Shown here piece by piece: positions 29,086 through 38,026 of a stretch of DNA of 58,744 bases. A program made the translations under genes and the position numbers. The stretch's first letter is position 1. Each line of letters starts with the position of its first letter. A model generated the notes under the pieces. That model was not told the origin of the DNA, did no database searches, and was given only the letters and a program-made list of their open reading frames with translations. Location: positions 1 through 58,744 of the forward strand of contig PWQX01000121.1 of NCBI GenBank assembly GCA_003556605.1. The letters run 5' to 3'. The DNA comes from Spirochaetaceae bacterium. Its GTDB lineage: Bacteria > Spirochaetota > Spirochaetia > DSM-27196 > SLAA01.

Positions 29086-29946
29086 CTACCGCATGCGGGC
29101 AAAGACATCTTCCGGAGTTCCTCGAAAAACCCCCGGTGTTTCCATCTTGATGCTTACCAGCGCCGCGGCATACTCCAAAGCTTCCTTGCGGCCGTGCGAA
29201 AGATGCCAGGCGAGATACGCGGCGAAACAGGTGTCGCCCCGCCCGGTACGTCCGGAAAGGTTGCGCGGCGTCAGCGGCGCCCGGTATCGTTCACCGTCTC
29301 GCGTGGCAAGCAGAACTTCGGTGTTGTGCGTGATCATCACTTCTGCGGCCCCCATTTCGAGCAGTGAGTCCGCAGCCTTGTCACGGTCCGCGCGCCCGGT
29401 AAGCAGCTCGGCTTCGGCCGCGTCAGTCTTGAAGTACCGCACATGCGGAAGATACTCACGCTTGCGTTCCCAGTCCCGCAGCACCAGTGCGCTTTCTCCG
29501 GCAGCTCTCACCACCCCTTGTGCGTCCAGCGCCACCGGAGCGCGCGTCGCAAGCTCTTTGATAAGCGCTTCCGGGATCTCACCGACGAACAGCCCGGCGA
29601 GATGACAAATGCGGGCCTTTTCGGTCGGTATCTCTTGGAGGGTGAACGGCGAGGCCGAGGACAGCAGGGTCACCGTTCGGCGTTCGTGATCGGGAGTGTC
29701 GTAACGGTTGTGAATCGAGGTAGTCTCTCGACTATTGTGAACCTTCACTTCCGCCCCATTCTCGCGGAGGATTGCCAACTGCTCATGATCCCGCGGTGCA
29801 GCTTTCGTTACCACTAAGACCGAGGCTCCCGAACGTACGGCAGCGGCGGAGGAGTACACCACCGGTCCACCGAGAATGTGTTGCTTGCCGCTGGGATCTT
29901 CGATAATGTCTTTTGAAATGTGGCCAATCATAGCGATGTCATACAT
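29086..29946 (-). CDS. PfkB-family carbohydrate kinase
   Basis: 286 aa. N-terminal IGHISKDII and GGPVVYSS, and the C-terminal anion-hole motif GRTGRGDTCFAAYLA. Confidence 0.8.
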   Translation of the reverse strand: MYDIAMIGHISKDIIEDPSGKQHILGGPVVYSSAAAVRSGASVLVVTKAAPRDHEQLAILRENGAEVKVHNSRETTSIHNRYDTPDHERRTVTLLSSASPFTLQEIPTEKARICHLAGLFVGEIPEALIKELATRAPVALDAQGVVRAAGESALVLRDWERKREYLPHVRYFKTDAAEAELLTGRADRDKAADSLLEMGAAEVMITHNTEVLLATRDGERYRAPLTPRNLSGRTGRGDTCFAAYLAWHLSHGRKEALEYAAALVSIKMETPGVFRGTPEDVFARMR

Positions 29947-30222
29947 AGTCCACCCTCGCAGTGTCGTCCATTTGCTCTAAGTAATCTGTTGGATGCGATA
30001 GTCCCTGTTTGGAGCCTGATGGTCAAGGGACCTTCGCGTATTTGCTTGCGGCTCGCAGCGTCCATTGACAACAGCGTGCGGGGCTCAGAACTTCTGTGCG
30101 GGCCGGTTTTGCTCCGGGTTTCGTCTGCCGGAGACTTCGCCGACGGCCGGATGATCGTTGTGGACGGGGACACGCAAGCCACCGTGTAGGGTCTATAGAG
30201 CTTGTCACGAGACAGCCGAGAG

Positions 30223-31170
30223 CTACGCGGTGAACTCCTGTTCGATTATGCTGAAGGTTTTCGACAGCAGTTGCGGGTCAATCTCCAACAGCGCACCTAC
30301 TCGCTCTGCAGCCAACTGAAACTGTCCGAAAAGCATCTCGCGACCGTCGATCGACGACCGCCCCGCTCGTCTTGCGGCCTCAGCGAAGAGACCGTTGCTG
30401 CCATAGCGGGTATCGGCACAGAGGCAATCCGCCGGCAAAAGGGCGAACTCTGATTCGGTCAGCGGGCTGGATGCCGTAATCGCGCTGATGATTACCTCAC
30501 TCGACGGCGCCGTTTCCTCGATCAGCTCCCATCCCCCAGCTCCGACAGTCGCTCGGTGTTCAGTCAGCGGATCCAGCAACGCTTTCAACGCAACCGCTTC
30601 GTCGGGAATGATGTTTGCGATGGTGAGCTGTGCACCTGCGACTACCAACTCGTAACCAATGGACGCCGCAGCACCGCCTGCACCTACCAGCAGCACGCGG
30701 GCGTTTTGAAGCGCTCTGCGTTTTTCCAGCGCTCGGATCATCCCTTGGCCGTCGGTATTGTCAACAAACAAGGTTCCGGTGCGACGTTCGGGGATGATGT
30801 GGTTAAGACACTGTAAATGGCGCACACGCTCGGTGAGATGCGCAGGTTGGGGTAATTGATCGAGGCATTCGTAGGCGGCCGCCTTGTATGGACTGGTGAT
30901 AGTGATATCCACGCACTCCGGCAAGTCGGTCAGATACCCGAGAAGGCGCGTCAGCTGTTGCTTCCCGGGCAAATCGAGCGCACCGAAATAACCTGACGTT
31001 CCGACAAGCCGAAAGAGACTGTTCCACAGGTGGGGGCTTGAAGAGTAGCGCGAGGGTTCTTCTCCCCCAATGATGCCTCCGAAGTGATCGACGGAATCAG
31101 GCATCTCAGCCGAAAGGTTGTTGGTTACAAACGATGCGATTCGGGAAAGCGCTTCTGACGACAATGCCAT
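30223..31170 (-). CDS. Shikimate/quinate dehydrogenase-family protein (AroE-like)
   Basis: SSSPHLWN, ITSPYK, NTDGQG and VLLVGAGGAAASIGYEL motifs in AroE order. About 30 extra N-terminal residues. Confidence 0.75.
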   Translation of the reverse strand: MALSSEALSRIASFVTNNLSAEMPDSVDHFGGIIGGEEPSRYSSSPHLWNSLFRLVGTSGYFGALDLPGKQQLTRLLGYLTDLPECVDITITSPYKAAAYECLDQLPQPAHLTERVRHLQCLNHIIPERRTGTLFVDNTDGQGMIRALEKRRALQNARVLLVGAGGAAASIGYELVVAGAQLTIANIIPDEAVALKALLDPLTEHRATVGAGGWELIEETAPSSEVIISAITASSPLTESEFALLPADCLCADTRYGSNGLFAEAARRAGRSSIDGREMLFGQFQLAAERVGALLEIDPQLLSKTFSIIEQEFTA

Positions 31171-31501
31171 ATAGTCTGCCCTATTACCGCAGAGTCACTG
31201 CCGGTGTACACATTTCGGTACAGATACTCGTTCCAGGTGTTTTCGAACCAGAGCCCTCGTTCGGAAATCGGCCCTGCAGGCACCAGCGAACCGGAGAGCT
31301 CGCCGGCTCGGGTATTTCTCGTTTCGAGCAGTTTTCCCCGTACGTTAGAGTTCTCGGCGGGCTTGTAGCGCAGGTCTCATCGGGTGAATCGTGAACCCGG
31401 GGGCCGGCGGAGTCCATAATCAAGGAGGAGCCGCGGCCGCCGCCGCCCTGCTGCAAGTACGTCTTGATAGCCGGCGCATGCCGGAAGCTTTGACCCAGTC
31501 T

Positions 31502-32521
31502 CTACTCCTTTAACACCTTGTAAATCGCGTAGTTCCAGTTGAGGATTTGCGGCTCAAGATACCTCTTGTGCTCGTGGAAAGCCTGCTCGTACTGCTTGGG
31601 TTTGTTTTGGCCCCGACCGGGTGCGTGTGGAACCACAACGTAGTTGTAGTCGCGTAGTGCTCCGTACGGCTCAACGCCTGTGAGCGGGTGTTTGGAGAAC
31701 TCATGCTTGGTGCACACCAGCACTTTGCATCCGCGGCAGTGGTGCAGTATGGCTGCTTTGACTCCGCGCTCACGCTTTGACTCAACGTAGAGAGAGCCTT
31801 CACAAACACAACTGGTGCCCTGTACGAGCACGTCGAACTCGGCGTCGACCAACTCGTCGAGACGATCGCCCAGAATGGTTCGCGTGACCGGCTCCAGCTC
31901 CCCGCCGAGCGTGAACAGCGAGAGTCGTTCGTAATCGACATTAGAGTTCAGGAGCTTCTGAATGAAGCCCGCGTTGTGCGTGTACAGGTGGTAACGGCTG
32001 GTCTCTGTGTGGGAGCCCTTCGCAAAAATCGTCGCGAGATGATATACGGTGCTACCGGCACCGAGTAGAACTTTGCAGGGACGGAGGGAGCCGAGCTGTT
32101 GCGCGCGCTGAGTTATGAAGTCATACGCTCCGTTAGCGATCTTGATTTTCTCGGTTATGTAGAGGTGCTGCTTCTGATAGAAATCCACCATCGAATGATG
32201 TAGCGCGAGCGCGCACTCTGAGTTGCCGGCTGAGTCGGTCGCTTTCTTGCGGTCAAAAAGCGGCACGCCAAGCTCGTCTTCGTAGCGCCGTAGTTGCGTA
32301 TGCAGCCATTGATCACTGCTATAGCTGGTGCCGTGGCGCTCGCTGAGATAGCGGCGAATAGTCGCAACCGGTATACACACCTCCCATATCGATTCAACCT
32401 CACTGCGTTCAAACTCTTCGGAAAGCAGAGACAAGATCGCCATTACCAGCTCATTACGCTTCAAACGGTGCCGGCTGTTGTTGCCTTCTTTCTGGGGCCT
32501 CACATAAGCATTATAAGCCAA
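31502..32521 (-). CDS. DeoR/GlpR-like transcriptional regulator (atypical N-terminus)
   Basis: A wHTH-like IPVATIRRYL segment, then a DeoR C-terminal sensor-like region (VLLGAGSTVYHLA...). Divergent from the sugar ABC operon. AT-richer than its neighbours. Confidence 0.5.
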   Translation of the reverse strand: MAYNAYVRPQKEGNNSRHRLKRNELVMAILSLLSEEFERSEVESIWEVCIPVATIRRYLSERHGTSYSSDQWLHTQLRRYEDELGVPLFDRKKATDSAGNSECALALHHSMVDFYQKQHLYITEKIKIANGAYDFITQRAQQLGSLRPCKVLLGAGSTVYHLATIFAKGSHTETSRYHLYTHNAGFIQKLLNSNVDYERLSLFTLGGELEPVTRTILGDRLDELVDAEFDVLVQGTSCVCEGSLYVESKRERGVKAAILHHCRGCKVLVCTKHEFSKHPLTGVEPYGALRDYNYVVVPHAPGRGQNKPKQYEQAFHEHKRYLEPQILNWNYAIYKVLKE

Positions 32522-32550
32522 AATCGCTTGATACGCAGCTATCGCTTATC

Positions 32551-32589
32551 TCAGGTTTCGAGTCTAACAGCTTACAAGCTGAAACCTGA
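32551..32589. promoter_or_regulatory. Nested inverted repeat, candidate operator in a divergent promoter region
   Basis: TCAGGTTTC (32551-32559) and GAAACCTGA (32581-32589) form a perfect 9-bp inverted repeat. It encloses the palindrome AGCTTacAAGCT (32569-32580). It lies between the DeoR-like gene and the SBP gene. Confidence 0.4.
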
Positions 32590-32669
32590 TGCAGGTCTAG
32601 CTTCGCGGTGGTACACTTTCTATGAAGTGTTCGTTGGAACCTACGAGGGGAATTAAGGAGGATCTAAGT

Positions 32670-33938
32670 ATGAAACGTTTTGTGATGTGCGCTTTGCTGA
32701 TCGGTGCGATGAGTGTTGGATCGGCGTTTGCCGGTGGAGCGGCTGAACCCGACGAAGTGACGCTTACGATCGCGGGTAGGGATGGAGCGTTCGGGGACGC
32801 GCTGGAGCTTGCGACGGCCGAGTATAGCGAACGGAACCCGGACGTACGATTTGAGATTCTCAAGCTTTCAGGGCCGGAATTGCTTGAGCAAACCGTTATC
32901 GAGTTACGCGGAGGCAGGGGTGCGTTTGATCTCGTTATGATCGATGATCCGTTCGCACCGCAGATGCAGGAGGCCGGCTGGTTGATAGACCTGGAAGAGA
33001 TGTATGACCGACACGGCGTCGAGCTGGACGATGATTTGATCGACAATATCGTCACGCTTGGGCGCTTTCCGTATTCCGAGGACGGTACCCTGTACGCACT
33101 ACCGTATGTAGGCAACGTTTCCCTGTTCGCATATCGCGACGACATCGCCGGGGAATATGGCTTTGACGCGCTGGAGACTTGGGATGATGCGCTAGAGTTC
33201 GCACGCTTAGTGCACGAGAACGAACCGGACATGGCTCCGGTACTCTTTCGCGGCGTAGCCGGTAACCCCATCGTAACGGGGTTCATGCCGATCTTCGCGT
33301 CCCACGGAGCGCAGGTGTTGGATGACGCCGGACAACCCGCCTTTGATTCGCCTGAGGCGCTTGAAGCGGTGGAGTTCTTCCTGGAACTCGCGCAGTATGC
33401 TCCCGAGGGTGTAGTTGCGTACGAGTCTGCCCAAGTTCGCGACGCCCTGTTGGCCGGAACCGGTGCAATGGCGATCGAAGTGTGGCCGGGTTGGATTGGT
33501 GATATGGAGGATCCTGAGGAGTCGGAGGTTGTCGGGCTGGTGAATGTGGCCGCTCATCCGCGCCAGATTGAGCCGCCTGCCCCATTGCTCGGCATCTGGT
33601 TGCTCGGGATTCCGGTGGGTTCCGAACATCAGGAGGAAGCGTTTGATTTCCTGCGCTTCATCACCAGCGCAGAGATTCAAGAAAAGATTGCGCGCGAAAC
33701 CGGCCAGGCACCGACGACCGAAAGCGTTCACAAAATTCCGGACTTGATCGAGCAGTATCACTGGTATCCGGCTCAGCTTGATGCGCTGCGCGAAGGCGTG
33801 GCACGGCCGCGGACCGACCACTGGGCTGAGATTGAGTCTGTACTGGGAGATTATCTGCAGCAGGCGCTCATCGGGGATATCAGTGCCGAAGAAGCCCTGG
33901 AGCGGACTCAAGAGCGCGTTCTAGAGATTATGAACTGA
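32670..33938 (+). CDS. ABC transporter substrate-binding protein (family 1, UgpB/sugar type)
   Basis: AAGGAGG RBS. Signal peptide MKRFVMCALLIGAMSVGSAFAGG. About 420-aa SBP. Permease pair follows. Confidence 0.85.
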   Translation: MKRFVMCALLIGAMSVGSAFAGGAAEPDEVTLTIAGRDGAFGDALELATAEYSERNPDVRFEILKLSGPELLEQTVIELRGGRGAFDLVMIDDPFAPQMQEAGWLIDLEEMYDRHGVELDDDLIDNIVTLGRFPYSEDGTLYALPYVGNVSLFAYRDDIAGEYGFDALETWDDALEFARLVHENEPDMAPVLFRGVAGNPIVTGFMPIFASHGAQVLDDAGQPAFDSPEALEAVEFFLELAQYAPEGVVAYESAQVRDALLAGTGAMAIEVWPGWIGDMEDPEESEVVGLVNVAAHPRQIEPPAPLLGIWLLGIPVGSEHQEEAFDFLRFITSAEIQEKIARETGQAPTTESVHKIPDLIEQYHWYPAQLDALREGVARPRTDHWAEIESVLGDYLQQALIGDISAEEALERTQERVLEIMN

Positions 33939-34105
33939 GATCACTAAAGGCTAGCACAATGCTATCTGCCGGTTGGGGCAATCTAACGTTCGAAAGAGCG
34001 TGCGGCGCTGCCCCACCGGCCGATTGGAACCTTCAATTCGACTGAGCTTGGCAGGTCAACATGACGTCGGGTTTGGCTCCTGCACGCCGTTTGCGGCGTT
34101 TGAAC

Positions 34106-34972
34106 ATGGCAAAAAAGGCCTCGTTCTTCTATCTGGCGCTCGCGCCGGCATTCATCATCGTCGCATTTCTGACGGTGTATCCGCTGATTAACGTTCTCTA
34201 CGACTCATTGTTTCGGTATGACTTCATTCGAGACACGCGAGAGTTTATCGGGGTGACGAATTTCGTGCGCATTGCCGGCGAGTCGCTGTTTCAGCGCTCG
34301 TTCAGAAACACCGTGGCGTTCACGGCGAGTGCCAGCATTCTGGAGGTTGGGCTCGGCGTGATCCTTGCATTATTGTTCTACGGCGAGTTCCGTGGCAAGC
34401 GGGTTGCGATGACGATCATCATCTTCCCGATGATGATCTCCACGATGGTGATCTCTGCGATCTGGCAGATGATGTATCACTACGAGATCGGTGTGTTGAA
34501 TTATCTGTTGAGAATGGCAGGCCTTTATCCGGTCGGATGGCTCATTGACACGCGCATTGCTCTGTCTTCGGTGGTGTTGGTCGACATCTGGCAGTGGACT
34601 CCGTTTGCATTCTTGATCATCCAAGCCGGGTTGAACTCGATTCCGCGTGAGTATTTTGAATCCGCAAGCATAGACGGCGCGAGCTACACGCAGATCGTTC
34701 GCCGAATCACCCTCCCTATTCTGCGGTCACAGATCATCTTGGTACTCATGCTGCGAACGATCGACACCTTCCGTCTGTTTGACAAGGTATACGCGCTCAC
34801 CGGCGGGGGGCCGGCCAACGCAACCCGGACGGTGTCGTATTTTATCTACGATGAAGGGTTTCGCTATTTCAACTTCGGTCGCGCAAGTGCAGCATCGGTT
34901 TACGTTCTTCTGTTTGTTTCAGTACTCGCTGTGTTCTACATCAGAAGCATGTTTAAGGAAGGCAAACAGTGA
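34106..34972 (+). CDS. Carbohydrate ABC transporter permease (UgpA/MalF type)
   Basis: 6-TM layout. EAA loop ESASIDGASYTQIVRRITLPIL. Confidence 0.85.
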   Translation: MAKKASFFYLALAPAFIIVAFLTVYPLINVLYDSLFRYDFIRDTREFIGVTNFVRIAGESLFQRSFRNTVAFTASASILEVGLGVILALLFYGEFRGKRVAMTIIIFPMMISTMVISAIWQMMYHYEIGVLNYLLRMAGLYPVGWLIDTRIALSSVVLVDIWQWTPFAFLIIQAGLNSIPREYFESASIDGASYTQIVRRITLPILRSQIILVLMLRTIDTFRLFDKVYALTGGGPANATRTVSYFIYDEGFRYFNFGRASAASVYVLLFVSVLAVFYIRSMFKEGKQ

Positions 34973-35805
34973 GCAGCAGCGGTGGTGTCATGAGACGGGG
35001 CGTGACGGCGTGGGTGCTGCTCGGCATCGTTATCGTCGTCGTGTTGGCCCCCATCTATTGGATGGTTGTTACATCGCTGAAGACTCCGCGTGAGGTAATC
35101 CGTCCGCAGCCGACATTGTGGCCGGAAGTCATTACGACCGAAAACTACATCCAAGCGGTGCGCGACGGCATCGGTATCAACTTCTACAACTCGGTTTTCG
35201 TTGCAACGATAGCCGTTGCAGTTTCCATTATCGTTGCGTTTTTCGCCGCGTATGCGCTCGCCCGCCATCGGTTTCCTCTGCGGATGAACGGGGTGTTTCT
35301 GATGTGGATCTTGGCGGTGCGTATCCTTCCCCCGATCGTCGTGGCGGTACCGCTGTACACGGTATTCAACGAGTTGGGCCTGATGAACTCCCGGCTCGGG
35401 CTGATTATCGCGTATCAGGTCTACACCCTACCGTACTCGGTCTGGATCATTTTCGGGTTCGTACGCTCGCTGCCGATCGAGTTTGAAGAGCAGGCGGTTA
35501 TCGACGGTGCGAATCGATTGCGGGTGGTTGCTTCCGTGGTTGCCCCTCTGATTCGCAGCGGCGTGGTCGCAACTTCGATCTTTGCACTGGTTTTGGCATG
35601 GAATGAGTTCCTTTTCGCGCTGGTCTTCGTCCGCAGGCCGGGACTGCTCACGCTCCCGGTCGTGATCTCGCGCTATATCGGTGAATACGCCACGCTGTGG
35701 GGTCAGTTGATGGCGATCGGGCTGCTGGCGACAGTCCCGATTCTGGTGTTTTCAGGCTACGTGTACCGGCGTCTAACGTCGGGCTTCTCGCTTAGTCTGA
35801 AGTGA
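34969..35805 (+). CDS. Carbohydrate ABC transporter permease (UgpE/MalG type)
   Basis: EAA loop EQAVIDGANRLRVVASVVAPLI. The start overlaps the upstream stop (GTGA). Confidence 0.85.
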   Translation: MSSSGGVMRRGVTAWVLLGIVIVVVLAPIYWMVVTSLKTPREVIRPQPTLWPEVITTENYIQAVRDGIGINFYNSVFVATIAVAVSIIVAFFAAYALARHRFPLRMNGVFLMWILAVRILPPIVVAVPLYTVFNELGLMNSRLGLIIAYQVYTLPYSVWIIFGFVRSLPIEFEEQAVIDGANRLRVVASVVAPLIRSGVVATSIFALVLAWNEFLFALVFVRRPGLLTLPVVISRYIGEYATLWGQLMAIGLLATVPILVFSGYVYRRLTSGFSLSLK

Positions 35806-35812
35806 GGAGTGT

Positions 35813-36586
35813 ATGTCGAGCTCGACCGCGTTCTTACAGCGTCCGCTGATAACGGCACACACCGGCTGTGAGGGAACAGTCGAAAACTCGCTGGTCTCGA
35901 TCGTGACCGGTATTGAAGCGGGCGCTGATGCGGTCGAGGTTGACGTCCGTGCGACCGCTGACGGTTTCGGAGTATTGCTGCATGATCCGGAGATCCGGTT
36001 GAAGGGGGGCGAGTGCGTACCGGTTGGGAAGCTTTCGCTTGACGATCTGAGGCGCATCGAGCGATCGGGTCAAGGCGCAAGCAACGGAGAAAACGAACCG
36101 GCAGTGTTGCTCGACGATGCGCTCGCCTTGGCTCGCGACCACAACGTCATAATCAACCTCGATGTAAAAGATGACCCGAGCGTTTCGGCAGTTGTGCGCG
36201 CCGTTGAAGATTTTGAGCTGACTGAGCAGGTGGTTATTTCCGGCTGCTCGCGAGCCCGAGCGGCGGCCGTCACCGCTTTCCATCCGGGGCTGCGGGTCTT
36301 GCTTAACACCGCGAGCGTCGACGCGGGCGTGGATGACCGAGGCTACCGGCGGTTCTTGATGCAGACGTATCACGACGCGGTTGGCGCCGGCTGCTGTGGG
36401 ATCAATATCGATTATCGCATGTGTCGTGACTCGCTGGTGCGCTTTGCGCATCAGCGGTTTCTGCCGGTCTCGGTGTGGACCGTCAACACGGTCGAGGAGA
36501 TGGCTCATATGGCGAAACTGGGTGTCTTTGCGATCACAACCTACAAGCCCCGGCTGTTGCTGCGGGTGCTTGCGCAGGCGGCTTGA
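35813..36586 (+). CDS. Cytosolic glycerophosphodiester phosphodiesterase-family protein
   Basis: GDPD motifs: ITAHTGCEGTVENS, AGADAVEVDVRATADGFGVLLHD. No signal peptide. Confidence 0.8.
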   Translation: MSSSTAFLQRPLITAHTGCEGTVENSLVSIVTGIEAGADAVEVDVRATADGFGVLLHDPEIRLKGGECVPVGKLSLDDLRRIERSGQGASNGENEPAVLLDDALALARDHNVIINLDVKDDPSVSAVVRAVEDFELTEQVVISGCSRARAAAVTAFHPGLRVLLNTASVDAGVDDRGYRRFLMQTYHDAVGAGCCGINIDYRMCRDSLVRFAHQRFLPVSVWTVNTVEEMAHMAKLGVFAITTYKPRLLLRVLAQAA

Positions 36587-36938
36587 CCCCGGGAGTCGAG
36601 AATCGCGAAGGTTCGTAATTTCTTCCGTGAGGTTACGGCGAGTACTGTTTATGGACAGCCACCACAAGCGGGGGGACGCTTTGAATATGCAGTGAGCACT
36701 CGGGTGCGTAACATGCGAACCTTTGCCTAATTGTCGATCTGAGAACCGTGCTGATTATCGGTACGGGCGGGGGCAGCGAAAAAGCGAAACAAGGGAGGTG
36801 ATGTCGGTAACACAACGCATTCGATTCGTAGTTGAGTGATCTTGGCTCGCCACGAGCCGGGCCAAGTACAGGAAGGCTTGCGGTTTAGTCAAGATTGTTG
36901 CGATCGACCAAGTTCAGAAAACACAAAGGGAGGTTACC

Positions 36939-37970
36939 ATGAAAAGGCTGCTTATTCTGTTACTATCGGGAGCGCTGCTGCTGAGCCTGGCTTTGGCGCA
37001 AGTCTCCGCCGGCGGCGCTGCAGAAGAAGTGGACGTGGAGCACGACGAGCTTGTTGTCTACAGCCCGCTGCATGAGTATGAGATCTCACGCCTGCTGCGG
37101 GCATTCGAACGCGACACCGGAATCAATACCGAGTTCATTCGGTTGAGCGCCGGCGAGCTCGCCGCTCGCATAGTGGCCGAAAAGGACAACCCGGGAGGCG
37201 ATGTGTTCTTCGGCGGGCCTTCGGAGACGCACGAAGCGATTATCCCGGAAGGTGCGCTGCGCCCGTACGAATCGCCGCGTGCCGCGGAGACCGACGCCGA
37301 CTATCATCATCCGGAGTTCTACTGGAGCGGCTTCTACGTAGGGCCGATGGGATTTGCGATTAACACCGCCCGCTGGGATGAGGCGATGGACGGTGAGGAG
37401 TATCCGCGTACCTGGGAGGATCTCTTGGATCCGAGGCTTGAGGGCGAGATCTCGATGGCCTCGCCGGCCGCCTCCGGTACCGCGTATAACATTGTCGCGA
37501 CGCAATTCTTCCGCTATGTTAGCGAAGACGAGGCTTGGAACTATCTGGAGCAGCTTGACCGCAACGTACCGTTCTACACCTCAAGCGGTGCGGCGCCGGC
37601 GCGGCATGCGGGTACCGGTGAAGCAATCATCGGTATCGCGTTCGCGCATGATGTGATGAAGCCGATGGACGCGGGATTCCCGCTCGCGCTGTCGATTCCT
37701 CAGGAGAGCGGCTGGGAGATCGGTGCGGTGTCGATTATCGAAGGGGGACCCAACCCGAGCGCCGCCGAGGTCTTTGTAGACTGGATTCTCGGGCCTGAGG
37801 CGCAGCAGTTGCACACCGACCTCAGTCTTCGTATCTCCACGCATCCGGAGGTACAGATGCCTCCCGGCGCAACCCCGTTGGCCGAGCTCGATCTGGTAGA
37901 TTACGACTACGAGTGGGCGGGTGCGCATCGTTCCCGTATTGTGGATGAGTGGAACGAGCTTTTTCAGTAG
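36939..37970 (+). CDS. ABC transporter substrate-binding protein (FbpA/ThiB/AfuA-like family)
   Basis: Signal peptide MKRLLILLLSGALLLSLALA. About 320-aa mature SBP starting ELVVYSPLHE, typical of iron(III)/thiamine-type binding proteins. GGGAGG RBS. Confidence 0.75.
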   Translation: MKRLLILLLSGALLLSLALAQVSAGGAAEEVDVEHDELVVYSPLHEYEISRLLRAFERDTGINTEFIRLSAGELAARIVAEKDNPGGDVFFGGPSETHEAIIPEGALRPYESPRAAETDADYHHPEFYWSGFYVGPMGFAINTARWDEAMDGEEYPRTWEDLLDPRLEGEISMASPAASGTAYNIVATQFFRYVSEDEAWNYLEQLDRNVPFYTSSGAAPARHAGTGEAIIGIAFAHDVMKPMDAGFPLALSIPQESGWEIGAVSIIEGGPNPSAAEVFVDWILGPEAQQLHTDLSLRISTHPEVQMPPGATPLAELDLVDYDYEWAGAHRSRIVDEWNELFQ

Positions 37971-38026
37971 TGTAATTGCGAGGGGCGGCCGGTGCCGCCC
38001 CTCTGCCGGTTGAAAGAGGAGGATGG

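Noticed and set aside
31171-31501. 330-bp gap upstream of the AroE-like gene. It contains a 90-aa ORF and a protein-like startless frame (…GPISERGLWFENTWNEYLYRNVYTGSDSAV…).
   Set aside because: There is no start codon or RBS, it is not in frame with the AroE-like gene, and no family was recognised. It could be a decayed gene remnant, but I cannot support that.
36700-36790. TPP-riboswitch-like pieces (GGGTGCG ... CTGAGA ... CTGAT..GG) upstream of a ThiB/ThiP-like transporter.
   Set aside because: The conserved 3' half of the THI element (ACCTGATCTGGATAATGCCAGCGTAGGGA-like block) is absent. The segment after CTGAGA (ACCG) cannot properly pair with GGGT to close P2. A cmsearch with RF00059 would settle it; I expect no hit.
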